From NCBI GenBank assembly GCA_032718475.1, contig JAUCBJ010007309.1, positions 34,010 to 98,009 on the forward strand: DNA of 64,000 nucleotides, in the 5' to 3' direction. The notes beneath the pieces were generated by a model. It ran no database searches. It was given only the letters and a program-made list of their open reading frames with translations, and was not told the origin of the DNA. The number at the start of each line of letters is the position of its first letter. The first letter of the stretch is position 1. Positions 52,833 to 63,381 of this stretch are shown here, one piece after another. A program made the translations under genes and the position numbers. The DNA is from Nemertoderma westbladi. Its lineage: Eukaryota; Animalia; Xenacoelomorpha.

Positions 52833-53634
52833 GGACATCCAGTCAGTCAATTTTGATCAATATTTGATGTACTCCGATAGATTATTTTTTGTTGAATATC
52901 TTCTTAGAGAGGCCAGCTAGGACGATCTTACAGTATCTGAAATTACATTTAATATGATACAGTAGGCCTACTATAAAACTAGGCCTACAGTACAGTAAAG
53001 TTAGGTCAAGCGACTTCGGACTGTGGAAATGAGATCCTTCCATGCTTCCCGTTTCTCCATGGTTCTCGTAATTTCGTTTCTCCCAAGTCCAGTCTCCATT
53101 TCTATTTATGTCATAACCGTACATACACACGGTCTCTGTGTCACAATATAACAACCCGAAAAAATTTTGGTCGACCATAAATTTATTTTTGGTCTACCAT
53201 AGATTATAACGTGATGGAGAAAAAAAAATTAATTAATTAGCAAAGATCAGCCACCGTAAGTACATCATTATAGGGGGTTAAATTCTATAGAAACATTCTG
53301 TTGAATATTTTCGCATCAATCACAATGAGACTTATCCCATGATACTGTAGTTTGGCGGTACACCGAGGAGGTCTCCTTTCTTGGGGAGAAGCTTTAGTTG
53401 ACGTTTATACAAAATTATTGCTTTTCACATTTTAACTTGAATACATCTGTATAATCGCTTCTGAAACCATTCTTTGGTGGGTTTAAACGCCATTTTCTCA
53501 ATCAACTGACCGTTCAGTAAATACTACTGTATACGTTGGCGGTCAATTAAAATTGATTATCAAATAAGTGTTGATGTAAACCTACCATTACTACTGTAGT
53601 TGTATCCCAGTCATCGCTATTGAGATTTAATTAC

Positions 53635-53853
53635 CTGATTTGCCTTCACCATCATCACCCGTCTGACCGTCACCCGCAGGGTTCCCGTTGTTATGAGTGT
53701 TAGATCCTTCCCACTGTATGTGTAGGAAATCTCGGGGTCCTAGTTCCAGTTGGTTCGGGATGTAATCGTATTCTACAGCCGGGTAGGTCTGCACTATGTT
53801 ACCTCGCTTACCTCGGACGTTCAGGTTAAGTATTCGTGCCGATTGGGCATCAG
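53635..53853 (-). CDS. DD3-3-like protein, internal exon
   Basis: RILNLNVRGKRGNIVQTYPAVEYDYIPN...HIQWEGSNTHNNG...DGEGKS; AG/GT bounded, phase 1/1. Confidence 0.9.
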
Positions 53854-53952
53854 CTGGAAAGCAATCACAGTACAGACATAATGTGTCGGACCATTTCTAT
53901 TCCAGCCAGTCCAGTCAGTACTTCAATTTCTATAGATGATTAACTTTCTTAA

Positions 53953-54643
53953 AGGGGAGAACATGCCCCCCCCCCCCCCCCATGTCAAAATTTCAAATGT
54001 CTGTTTTTTATTTAATCTATAGCAGAATTTAATGATGATTTCACATCTGAAAACTGCTTAGCGATACCTCTTTAAGTTCTCGAGTTATCGCTGTTTTTCT
54101 GTATGATGGTCTGTCAGTTAAATTGTAAGACATACAGACAAGGCGGTCTAGATTCTACCAAACTTTAAAACTGACATCGGAAATGAAATTCTTTAACCAA
54201 TTTTCTTTATTTTTTTATTTTTGTTATTTAGGGTTTCGGCAGTTCTTTAAAAGTTATCGGTTGGAATTTTTATATTTCTGTTTTTACAGCTAATTTTTCA
54301 GATTAAAATTGCAAAATATTAATAAATATTAATTAATTTTCATAAAAATACTAAACTAAAAATGTTAACCGATAACATTTGTGGAGCACACCTCCGTAAT
54401 TCGGAAAAAATTGGTTTCAGACAATTTCACCTAAAATTGAATGACTACTGTCGTAGCATTTGAACCGCAAATCTTGTTTCATTCAATGGCCACTAGAGGG
54501 CGACTGGAAATTTGCTAATTTTTCGAAAAAACAAATGTTAACCATACTACAGCCCATACTGCATAAAATCAAAATATTTGAGTAGAAATTGTAGACATTT
54601 AAAAAATGTGTTCGGGGGGGGGGGGGGGGGGGTAATCCCCCCC
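53953..54643. mobile_element. TTAA-flanked MITE (Kolobok-like)
   Basis: TTAA|AGGGGAG..(C)n ... (G)n..CCCCCCC|TTAA; imperfect TIRs. Confidence 0.55.
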
Positions 54644-54990
54644 TTAAACTGCACTTCAACAATAGAATACTGGAATGTAAAATCCTATAGCGATTAAACC
54701 ATTTCGACAAATTTTTCTACAAATCTTAATGATATTGATTAAATTTGAAATTGAGTTAGTTTCATCACCATCCTCCTTAGTTGGTGAGCCGGAACAGAAT
54801 TGTTATTATCGCTTTCATTTTTTTTGCTACATGCGTTTGAAAAGGGTGTAGTCTATTCGAAGGTCATACTTTTGATTCACTTGTGAATATATAATGAAAC
54901 CAAACATTACGATGAAGACTACTGTAGTTATCATTAACCGTTACATACTCTACAATAACGTGTGAAAGTCGCTACACTACGTTGACATAC

Positions 54991-55143
54991 CGTGGTTGAT
55001 TGTTCTCCTCGGTTCTAGAATGAACACATGGCTACGATCTTGAAATGTTCTCCCGAATTGAGCGGTGTTCACAGCTAGTTTGAGTGGACTACTGGCAGCA
55101 CCAACATTCACGTAAGGGTTGTTCTGAATAGGAGACGAAACTC
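54991..55143 (-). CDS. DD3-3-like protein, internal exon (acceptor at 55143 or 55151)
   Basis: [14 protein letters not shown]...[26 protein letters not shown]; donor GTATGT; phase 1 joins the next exon. Confidence 0.85.
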
Positions 55144-56454
55144 CTGCACGACTATTTAATAAAAACATATGTTATGATATTGACATGACATAAGTCTATT
55201 ATTAACTTCATTGGGCATATCTTAGAAAATTTGTTGATAACGCGGTAACTGCAGATGATGGTATTGACAGATGGCAGATAGGAGGTCCATGTGGAGGTAA
55301 ATTGCGGGTATACAAAGATGCCGGATGCCGGGTAGTATTTCCAGGTCTACCTTTTTTCTGAGCCGCTTGCGGAGTGGTTAGAGCTAGAGGACCAGTCCAC
55401 CATCCTAGACACCATTAGTTTGATCCAAGGCCATCTAAACAATTTAGATGGCCTTGGTTCGATCCCACCTGGTCCTGATTGCCGATTTTGCTAAGCTGCG
55501 CCCAACGAAATTTATAATAATATGCAATCAGTGATTCACCTAAAATAATAATATATGCAAACAGTCTGACAAATAATATACTGTAATTGTGCCCCATTAT
55601 TTAGCCTTAGAATGTCACGTGGCAGCAGTAGTTTCATTTTTGAACACCGATTTTTGAACACCAAGTATTATTGTATAGACAACAATAACTGTAAATAGCC
55701 TAGACATTATTATTAATACATAATGTACATAACTATAATTTTTAGCAGCTATACAGAATGTTGGAGCCGCGTTTGTTTTGTACCGTTATTTTTTTAATAT
55801 GACCATTATGCTGGTTTTACTCATTTTTACTTAATAAGATAGGCCTATTTGTGTTTATTGTATGTACTGTTAACTTACCATTTTACTTTCACTTTGTACA
55901 TTCTGTAGGCCTACTGTCAGACTCTACAGTAAATAATTAACTATTTATAAACTATTTTTTTTACTATTAAACTTGTGCTATTTTTTTCTTTATATATAGA
56001 TATACCGGTACGCGTGCGGATTAGCGCACTTTGCCAAATACATATTTCTTTTATAATCTTGAAGGTAGTATTAGGCAGTTAGGGTGTGTGTGGTGTAGTA
56101 GTTACCGGTATTGTTATTCTGGTGTCAATAATAAATAACATAACATAAGTAGTTCTGTAGTTAGGTAGGCTGGTCATGCTGGTAGGCCTACTGCCTTAGT
56201 GCCTACTGTTTGTTGTCAGGCTGTCAGGTTGTGTGCTGTAATGCACTAATCAGCTAATGATTGCGATTGGTTTTCTGTCAGTACTGTTATAAACTACCGG
56301 TATATCAGACAGCTAGTAAAACAGTAAAAGGCCTGTCAGCATGCAGGCATGTAGGATGTAGCCGAAATATTAATACTGTAATATTGCTGGAATTATTACT
56401 CTGTTACTGTCACACTGTAGCGTAGGCCTACTGTATTACTGCATTAATAAAATA

Positions 56455-57210
56455 ACAATTTACATACTTGTGTGTAAAGTAAAGTAGCACTTCAGCATCA
56501 GCACTTTGCAATGCTGCAATGTGATGATCCGAGTGGCTTTGTTACACGAACGAACGTTAGCAGGTCAGCAGGTTAGTGAGTGAGTGAAAATAAAGCCACG
56601 AGGATCAGAACACTGCAAAGTACTTTGCAACAAGTACCGGTATGTATGTAGTTTTATTCCACAATTTTAACATTACGAAATGATTGTATATTAGGCTGTT
56701 AGGGTGGTTTATATTTCAAAAATTTTTGAATTTCAGTTGGGTTTATGTTCTAATTTGTTACAAATTGCATAAAAACACATAAAGTAAAAAAAAAGTATTT
56801 TAAGCATAGGGTTCCACCTTGGTGTAGTGGTTGCATTGAATTCACATCTCCTGTAGCGCTGTAGGTCGTGGGTTCGATCCTCACATGGGCCAGGGCAGTT
56901 TTCGTTTCGGCACGAATGCTTTAAAGGGACCAGCCAGGGCGCATCTCCAGATCTCTGCCTCGCATCCTTAAGTGGTAGCTAAATGAGTACTGGAGTTTCC
57001 TCTGGGGAGTAAAGTTCTGGGGGACCGCACTGGAAATAAGTCGTCAGACTTTGTGCGTAATCCCTGGCCTAGCGGCCGAAGAAAATTTACTTTACTTTTA
57101 CTTTTTGGTATCCAATGACAGAATGACGGCGTTAAGTAATGTCCCCTTAGTGGGCATTACTTAACGCGTACCCTACCGGTATAGCAGTATTGTTCACCAT
57201 CTTGAGGACA
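56455..57210 (+). mobile_element. Hairpin-ended element (Crypton-like) interrupted by a SINE
   Basis: Imperfect palindrome at 56455-56655 related to 14574-14738. The distal sequence TACCGGTATAGCAGTATTGT is shared with ~12380-12400. Confidence 0.45.
56809..57105 (+). mobile_element. tRNA-derived SINE
   Basis: A box TGGTGTAGTGG (56820-30) and B box GGTTCGATCC (56871-80). Central AAATGAGTAC...GGGGAGTAAAG resembles Deu/Nin-type cores. (CTTTA)n-like tail. Confidence 0.75.
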
Positions 57211-57288
57211 GTAAATAATTATTAAATATAATGCCTATATCTGTCTGTCTGTTATCTGTAGGGTAGGCCTATAGGCCTATTGAATTGA

Positions 57289-60200
57289 ATGAAAATGATA
57301 TCACCGGAAGAAGGATTATCTACCAATGAGGCGTTGCAGAGACTGGAATCGATCGTAACAAAGGTTCTGTTCGAGGTCGAATCAAATAAACCGCCCGTTG
57401 TTTATACAATAATAAAGGAGTTGGGTAGTAAACAGTCGCCGATGTCCGTTCTGGACATATCAGTTACATTTGTAGTTGGAATTTTACTCTTTGTTGGAAT
57501 TACAGCCCAATCCAGTGGAGAGCAATATATCGCTGACAAACTAAATTTAATATTAATTTCATTGGTATTTTTATTGAGTTTATTTCTCACATGTTGGATG
57601 AACTGGGTTAGAATAAATGAACCTTCTTGTAAATTAATGCGTTTGTTATTGTGCGTGAAGGAGGCCCGTAGGAAGACGGAATACCGAGGTTGGCAGTGCG
57701 GCTACTACCCGAGTCTGTACACCCCTTTGGCGTCGAGTTGCAGTCTACAGTGGACCTACCGCGACGGGCAGTTAGTCAACCTACCAACCAGTTTATTGGT
57801 AGAAGATGACGTCATACTAGTACGACCGGGACAACGACTTCCGGCTCGTGTGCAGAAGAGTCAACCTCCGCTGGGCTCCGGGGTAACTGTTCTCTACTAC
57901 ATGGACGAAGGGGACCTATACTGCCCGCTGGGGGGCGCTGACCGTGACGTCAACTCGCAGATAGACGAACCTCTCAAACACAGCCAGTTGGAGCGGGCTG
58001 TGTTCATCGTCCAGGAATCGCCGGTTATTAATCACATTAAATCCTATATCGAGTCCCCGACTTCAATGGAGAAATCCGTTAGTGTTTTAGACAACCAGAA
58101 GTTCGGACTCTCGAAGATTTCCTTTAAACTAATGTTGATCGTTTACGTATTAACCTTTTTCGTTAACTCTCTCAAATATTTCCTGCTCTCTAACTTCATT
58201 GTGGATTGGCGTTATTTGTTTCTAGTTCAGCAATGTCTCCCTACCCTGCCGCTAATCTCTCTTCTAACACCGACTCTGTGGGTTTTGGTTAACACCTTCA
58301 ACGTGGCTTCGATTTACGGTCTCTTCTCGGCGGCGTACGAGCTGTCCAGCGCGCATCCCGGCTCGGACATCTCGGAGGACACAGTCGACGGGCTTCTCTG
58401 CGCCACCGAGGTCGACATCAAAGTCCGTACCAAGTCGTTGCTCGGTGATACTCTCTCATTCCTTATGGGCGGCGACCCCAGACACACCAGCCAACTGTGT
58501 CACGCCCTCGGCTACTTAACTAACCTATGCTGCGTCGACAAAAAGGGTCTCCTCTCGTGGCCCAACCCGATCCCCGAAAAGATATTCTTCTTCACTTCCT
58601 CCCATTTGCCTCCCAGCTCCTCCCAGAGCTGTGGATTCAATTACAAATCCTTCCCGATGTCCTCCCATTCCTCCCACTCGTCCTCTCGGTATCCCAAGGT
58701 TATGGATCTTTCCATAGAAGACCGCGAGAGCTGCACCCTGCGTTTCGACGACCCCGACTGGTCCGCCCATATCAACTCGTTGAAACCTCTCGGTCTCTCC
58801 ATCCTCGCTAACACCTGCAACTCCTCCACCTGGGCCTCCTACATCCACTTCCTCGATTACCTCAGTTGCGCGTCGACTCGATACGAGAAAGCTATTAATG
58901 TTGCGCAGAAGCGCTGCCTCTGTCAGCTCTCTCGCGCTGTCGGCTTCTCTCGAGGCGCCACACGGCCTTACTCCTTCGTTGAGAACGTCGAAATGTTTCA
59001 GACTCTAGACGAAGAGGTGCTGAAATCCGAAGAGGATCATTGGAAATTGGCGTATAAGAAGCGGAAGACGATATTGCCGAGTCTGTTCTCGGTGTACGCG
59101 CGGGATTCCGCGGGCACCTACCAGGTGTTCACCCAGGGCACGGCCGATATCCTCGTGGATCTGTGCACGGACTTCTGGGACGGCTCATCCGTGCTCCCGA
59201 TGTCGGACACAGAACGGCGACGCATTCTCGACTTCTACAGCCGCCACAGTCTCACGGACCACTGCACCGCCTTCACCTACAGACCCATTAAGTTCCACCC
59301 CCAGAAGGACGCCAAGGATTACGTCGAGATCCCCGTCAATAAAGCGAGGATTAACCTTCGCGCCAGACGGAAGAGCGTGTCCAAGAGCGCGTCGTCCTAC
59401 TCGACCGGGACGCCGAGTCTCGAGAGCCTCAGCGATCCGCACGACGACGGCAACTCGTTGAATAGTTGCTACAGGGGCGCCAAAGGCCAGGTCTTTCTCG
59501 GACTTGTCGCTATGCAATACCAAGCGAAACCCAACATAGTGACTCTTATCGACGCCCTGAGGGCCGCATGTATTCGATTCATTCATTTCTCGAAGGAGAA
59601 CGAAGTTCGTTCTAGAGTGTTCTCGGAGAAGATGGGGTTGGAATCGGGTTGGAACTGCCACATATCGTTATTGGAGGGGAGCCGGGAGGATCTGTCGAAC
59701 CCGGAAGGTTCCGATGGCAGTGAAGACGGTTCTTCTAACGCATTTATAGGCGAGGCCACTGTGGTAGTCGATAGCGAGTTGGGAGACACCGGAAGTCCTC
59801 ACGTTCACTTCAAGAAACCCGTTGCCACCCTCGTCGACAGAGCCGCTAACGAGGTGGAAAATAATCCGGCGTTACAAGATGAGGCGGTTTCATTACAGCC
59901 GTTGCTAGAGCCACCGCCGCGTTCGGTGTCAGACAGTACGGTCTCCTCTAAGGGTTCGTCGCGGGTGTTTAATCGCTCGTGGTCCCACAACCCCGAGATT
60001 AGCGGTCGCTCACGACACATCAGCGACTGTAGCAATAACTCGAGCAGCGCTAAAGGCTACCGACACACGCCTAGACGGGCCTTCTCCGCGATGTCAAAGA
60101 AAATATCGACCTCGATGGACAGCGGCTCGAAGAGAAGGTTCGGGAGTAAAAAACAGAAAACGCGGGGTGGTAAATCCGAGTCGGTCGCAGAGGGAACCAA

Positions 60201-61473
60201 CACAGATTCCGAGTCGGGGGACAGTGGGGAGAGTTCGATGGATGACATCGCGGACTCGGTGATGGACCTCGAGAACCGAGCCAAACTCCCTAAAGGAATC
60301 GCCAACATCCGACCCCATCTGGACAGCGTGGACAACGTCCCGTTGCTGGTCCATCTGTTTACGGACACGACGCCGGCCACCGCCGAGGAGATGTTGGTTA
60401 TTATGCGGGAGTACGGGGAGATCGCTGGTTGTCTCGGTAGCTCGGCCAACTCGACCAACCCACCGATCTACCTACAGGCCGATATCAGCGTAGCGGTGCA
60501 CCCGACGTTGCCGCAAGTCTGTCTGTCGCAACCGCAGGATCTCAAGAGCTCCTTCGACGATCCCACGACGCCGCTCGGCCTGTCTTCCGTTATCAACACT
60601 CTCCCGTGCGCCTTCACCTTCCATCGGGACGACTCCATCTACCTGCTGCAACTAATCTCCCAGGCCCGACGCCGTTGTTGCAACACCCACAACGCCTTCC
60701 TCTTGTTATTCTCCTTGCATTTCGCTTTATCTCTGTTGATTCTTCTCTCCGTTATTCTCTGTCTGCCCCCCGTTATGAGTTTATCGCAGATCCTGATGAT
60801 GTTGTTTTTATATTTTCCCGCTATTTCGTTATCTATGATTGGCAACTCAGCCCAGGACGATATAATGCTGGTCGCGACTATAAAGAATTCCCAATCTTAC
60901 TCCTACAGGGACATAAAGACTTATTCGTTTTCGTTTATTTCGCGTTTCGTTCCTAGTGTTTTAGTCGTCCTTGTCGTTTTCTCTGTCAATTTATTTACGA
61001 TGTGTGGCGCGGATAGCGAGGGCGATTGTGTATTCCTACTGGGTAACTTAAACGGATCCCTAAACGGATCCCAAAGTACCCCGTGGTACGGCTGGAAGGA
61101 TAACCCCGGTCTCAACTTGTGCCAAAATATCTCGAGTTTCCTCTTCTTACTTTATATGATCGCGGTTTCGGGTGGTTTCGTGTTCCGTATGCAGCATCTC
61201 ATTCAACGGAAACCCACGGCCAATCGCTATTGGCTGGTCGTCACCATCGCTATGGTTACCGTACACGGGATATACTCCACTGCCGCGTGTTTATTGGAGG
61301 TTCCCATGGTTGCGATATCAGCGGTAACCTATACGCTTGGTCCTTTATGGTTGTTACCGTTGGTTGTTTTGAATGAGTTTTATAAGCGTAGAGAAATACG
61401 TATTACGTGTCGAGCTAGGAAACGCGCGAAACTACAGTTCGGTACAAAGTTGGGGATGAATTCACCGTTCTAG
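57289..61473 (+). CDS. TMEM94: Transmembrane protein 94 (degenerate P-type ATPase-like), intronless
   Basis: 1394 aa. LQWTYRDGQLVNLP, CCVDKKGLLSWPNP, LKPLGL, ACIRFIHFSKENEVRSRVFSEKMGLESGWNCHISL, NRAKLPKGI..IRPHL..VDNVPLLV, C-terminal FGTKLGMNSPF. Confidence 0.96.
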   Translation: MKMISPEEGLSTNEALQRLESIVTKVLFEVESNKPPVVYTIIKELGSKQSPMSVLDISVTFVVGILLFVGITAQSSGEQYIADKLNLILISLVFLLSLFLTCWMNWVRINEPSCKLMRLLLCVKEARRKTEYRGWQCGYYPSLYTPLASSCSLQWTYRDGQLVNLPTSLLVEDDVILVRPGQRLPARVQKSQPPLGSGVTVLYYMDEGDLYCPLGGADRDVNSQIDEPLKHSQLERAVFIVQESPVINHIKSYIESPTSMEKSVSVLDNQKFGLSKISFKLMLIVYVLTFFVNSLKYFLLSNFIVDWRYLFLVQQCLPTLPLISLLTPTLWVLVNTFNVASIYGLFSAAYELSSAHPGSDISEDTVDGLLCATEVDIKVRTKSLLGDTLSFLMGGDPRHTSQLCHALGYLTNLCCVDKKGLLSWPNPIPEKIFFFTSSHLPPSSSQSCGFNYKSFPMSSHSSHSSSRYPKVMDLSIEDRESCTLRFDDPDWSAHINSLKPLGLSILANTCNSSTWASYIHFLDYLSCASTRYEKAINVAQKRCLCQLSRAVGFSRGATRPYSFVENVEMFQTLDEEVLKSEEDHWKLAYKKRKTILPSLFSVYARDSAGTYQVFTQGTADILVDLCTDFWDGSSVLPMSDTERRRILDFYSRHSLTDHCTAFTYRPIKFHPQKDAKDYVEIPVNKARINLRARRKSVSKSASSYSTGTPSLESLSDPHDDGNSLNSCYRGAKGQVFLGLVAMQYQAKPNIVTLIDALRAACIRFIHFSKENEVRSRVFSEKMGLESGWNCHISLLEGSREDLSNPEGSDGSEDGSSNAFIGEATVVVDSELGDTGSPHVHFKKPVATLVDRAANEVENNPALQDEAVSLQPLLEPPPRSVSDSTVSSKGSSRVFNRSWSHNPEISGRSRHISDCSNNSSSAKGYRHTPRRAFSAMSKKISTSMDSGSKRRFGSKKQKTRGGKSESVAEGTNTDSESGDSGESSMDDIADSVMDLENRAKLPKGIANIRPHLDSVDNVPLLVHLFTDTTPATAEEMLVIMREYGEIAGCLGSSANSTNPPIYLQADISVAVHPTLPQVCLSQPQDLKSSFDDPTTPLGLSSVINTLPCAFTFHRDDSIYLLQLISQARRRCCNTHNAFLLLFSLHFALSLLILLSVILCLPPVMSLSQILMMLFLYFPAISLSMIGNSAQDDIMLVATIKNSQSYSYRDIKTYSFSFISRFVPSVLVVLVVFSVNLFTMCGADSEGDCVFLLGNLNGSLNGSQSTPWYGWKDNPGLNLCQNISSFLFLLYMIAVSGGFVFRMQHLIQRKPTANRYWLVVTIAMVTVHGIYSTAACLLEVPMVAISAVTYTLGPLWLLPLVVLNEFYKRREIRITCRARKRAKLQFGTKLGMNSPF

Positions 61474-61812
61474 AACGAACAGTTGGGGGATTGTATTGGT
61501 TGTGATTCATTGAGACAATGTAGTTGTATTTGGTAAAACCGCACAAATAAATAGTGTATTTTGAATATATAATTAATTTATTATTCTGTCTAAAAATAGT
61601 TCCATTGATAATTATTGTGTCGCATTTATACACATTAATGCTATGCAATGTCAGTAATTACTGACTACGAACGTCTGTATGTAACATCTATCAAACAGTC
61701 TTTAAATTATTTTCGGTTGCTAATAATGTTAAGTAGATTGTATAATATCAACAGCTGTTCCTTATTTAATGACAATTTTTATATTTCAATAGGCCAAATA
61801 AAGAAGTAAATT

Positions 61813-62062
61813 TCGATTTATTTACCGGTAAATGAGTCGTACCAATCTATTAACTCGATTTATTTACCGGTAAATGAGTCGTACCAATCTATTAACTCGA
61901 TTTATTTACCGGTAAATGAGTCGTACCAATCTATTAACTCGATTTATTTACCGGTAAATGAGTCGTACCAATCTATTAACTCGATTTATTTACCGGTAAA
62001 TGAGTCGTACCAATCTATTAACTCGATTTATTTACCGGTAAATAAGTCGTACCAATCTATTA
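61813..62062. repeat. 42-bp tandem repeat (~6 units)
   Basis: TCGATTTATTTACCGGTAAATGAGTCGTACCAATCTATTAAC. Confidence 0.93.
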
Positions 62063-63200
62063 GCCCAACCCATCACCTAGTATTTATTTGTATGACATGC
62101 TTAGCCCTACATCATACGAATAATTATTTTGTACATTAATTTAAACGAATAAATACCCTTTCTTGGGGTCGTGTAACTGCTGGTTTTGTGTCTGAAAACC
62201 CAGATATTAAAATATTTAGGTGTAAAGTAAATTCTACCATTGTGTAAGCTTTTTAAGGCCTCTAATATTTCAGGTTCTTTTTTCGTACTAGTAGTTGTAG
62301 TAATTTATTGCGAGAATAAATCAAAATCCACAAAGATATGGTGAAATACTACAAGTAATATAGGGCGGTATCAGTTATACATAACTAGATTTAATTACAT
62401 AATGATAATTGATCATTATTCAGGCCATCGCATTATCAATGTTAAAACATAAATAGTAATTTAATTAATTAGGTCCATGTAAGATGAATTACTGGTCCGA
62501 ATAATCGGATGTTGTTTTGATGCTTTTCATAAAGTAATTAATTTACTATTTTCTTTTCATACTTGTTAGTAACGTAACGGTAGTGCTCTACATTGTGGTG
62601 ATCCGAATGGTTTATCTCAATAACGAACGTAATGAGTGAGGTCAAATAAAGTGACGAGGATTATAGTACAGTAAAGTACTTTACATCTTATTTTTATTTG
62701 TACAGATCTTAAAATAAATACACCTCTTGTAATTAATTACATTTCATTAAATATATTAATTAAATACCAACACCATCATTATCAGCTTAATTAATTTTTC
62801 TATTGTTCATTAATTATTGTTAATCACGTTAATTTTGTAATATAAATCACGTTAATTTTGTATTAAAATGTGCTTTGTTGATTATAGTGCTCTATTTTGA
62901 TATTTTAATACTTAGAAAATTTATAAATATAAAGGTAAATATAAATCTATTTAGCCGACATTGGATTTTAAATCAATTCACAGAAACGAAGTCCTTTATT
63001 ATTTAATAAATTACAATTATCTTTAAATGTAGTTTAAAAGGTGATTCCAAAATATTATGAAAAAAAAAATTGTAAATTAGTATATAATATCAGCCCCTGG
63101 TACTTAAATTCACACGGGTTTTAAATACAAGTTTTATTATGACCACCCATCCCCACTCTTAATACATGTAAGTAGCATTTGTAATTAGCGTAACCCTATA

Positions 63201-63381
63201 GGGTCTCAGGAATTCTTGGCCCGCGAATAATCTTAGCCCGCGAGTATTCTTAGCCCGTGGGTATTCTTAGCCCGCAAAACAATAACGTTTATTGTTTTGG
63301 TTCCCCCAATACGCCTCTGAAACCTGATCCGTTACTAACCTGCTCCTAAGAATACCCGAGGGCTAAGAATTCACCCAACCC
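63201..63381. mobile_element. Small MITE with ATTCTTAGCCCG subterminal repeats
   Basis: GAATTCTTGGCCC ... GGGCTAAGAATTC inverted ends; CCTATA near both flanks; carries the shared ~67-bp motif. Confidence 0.6.

Noticed and set aside
55360-55480. Second tRNA/SINE head (GCGGAGTGGTTAGAGC ... GGTTCGATCCC)
   Set aside because: Box spacing is long and no tail or TSD was seen; too weak to call.
56809-56890. tRNA gene
   Set aside because: A and B boxes are present but no convincing cloverleaf; it continues into a SINE body and tail.
56990-57050. Hammerhead on the minus strand (CTGACGA...GAAA)
   Set aside because: No stem II pairing between the core motifs.
58525-61115. Antisense and alternate-frame ORFs over TMEM94 (likewise over SERINC, hnRNP U-like and Gypsy pol)
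   Set aside because: Shadows of real coding sequence with no recognisable motifs.
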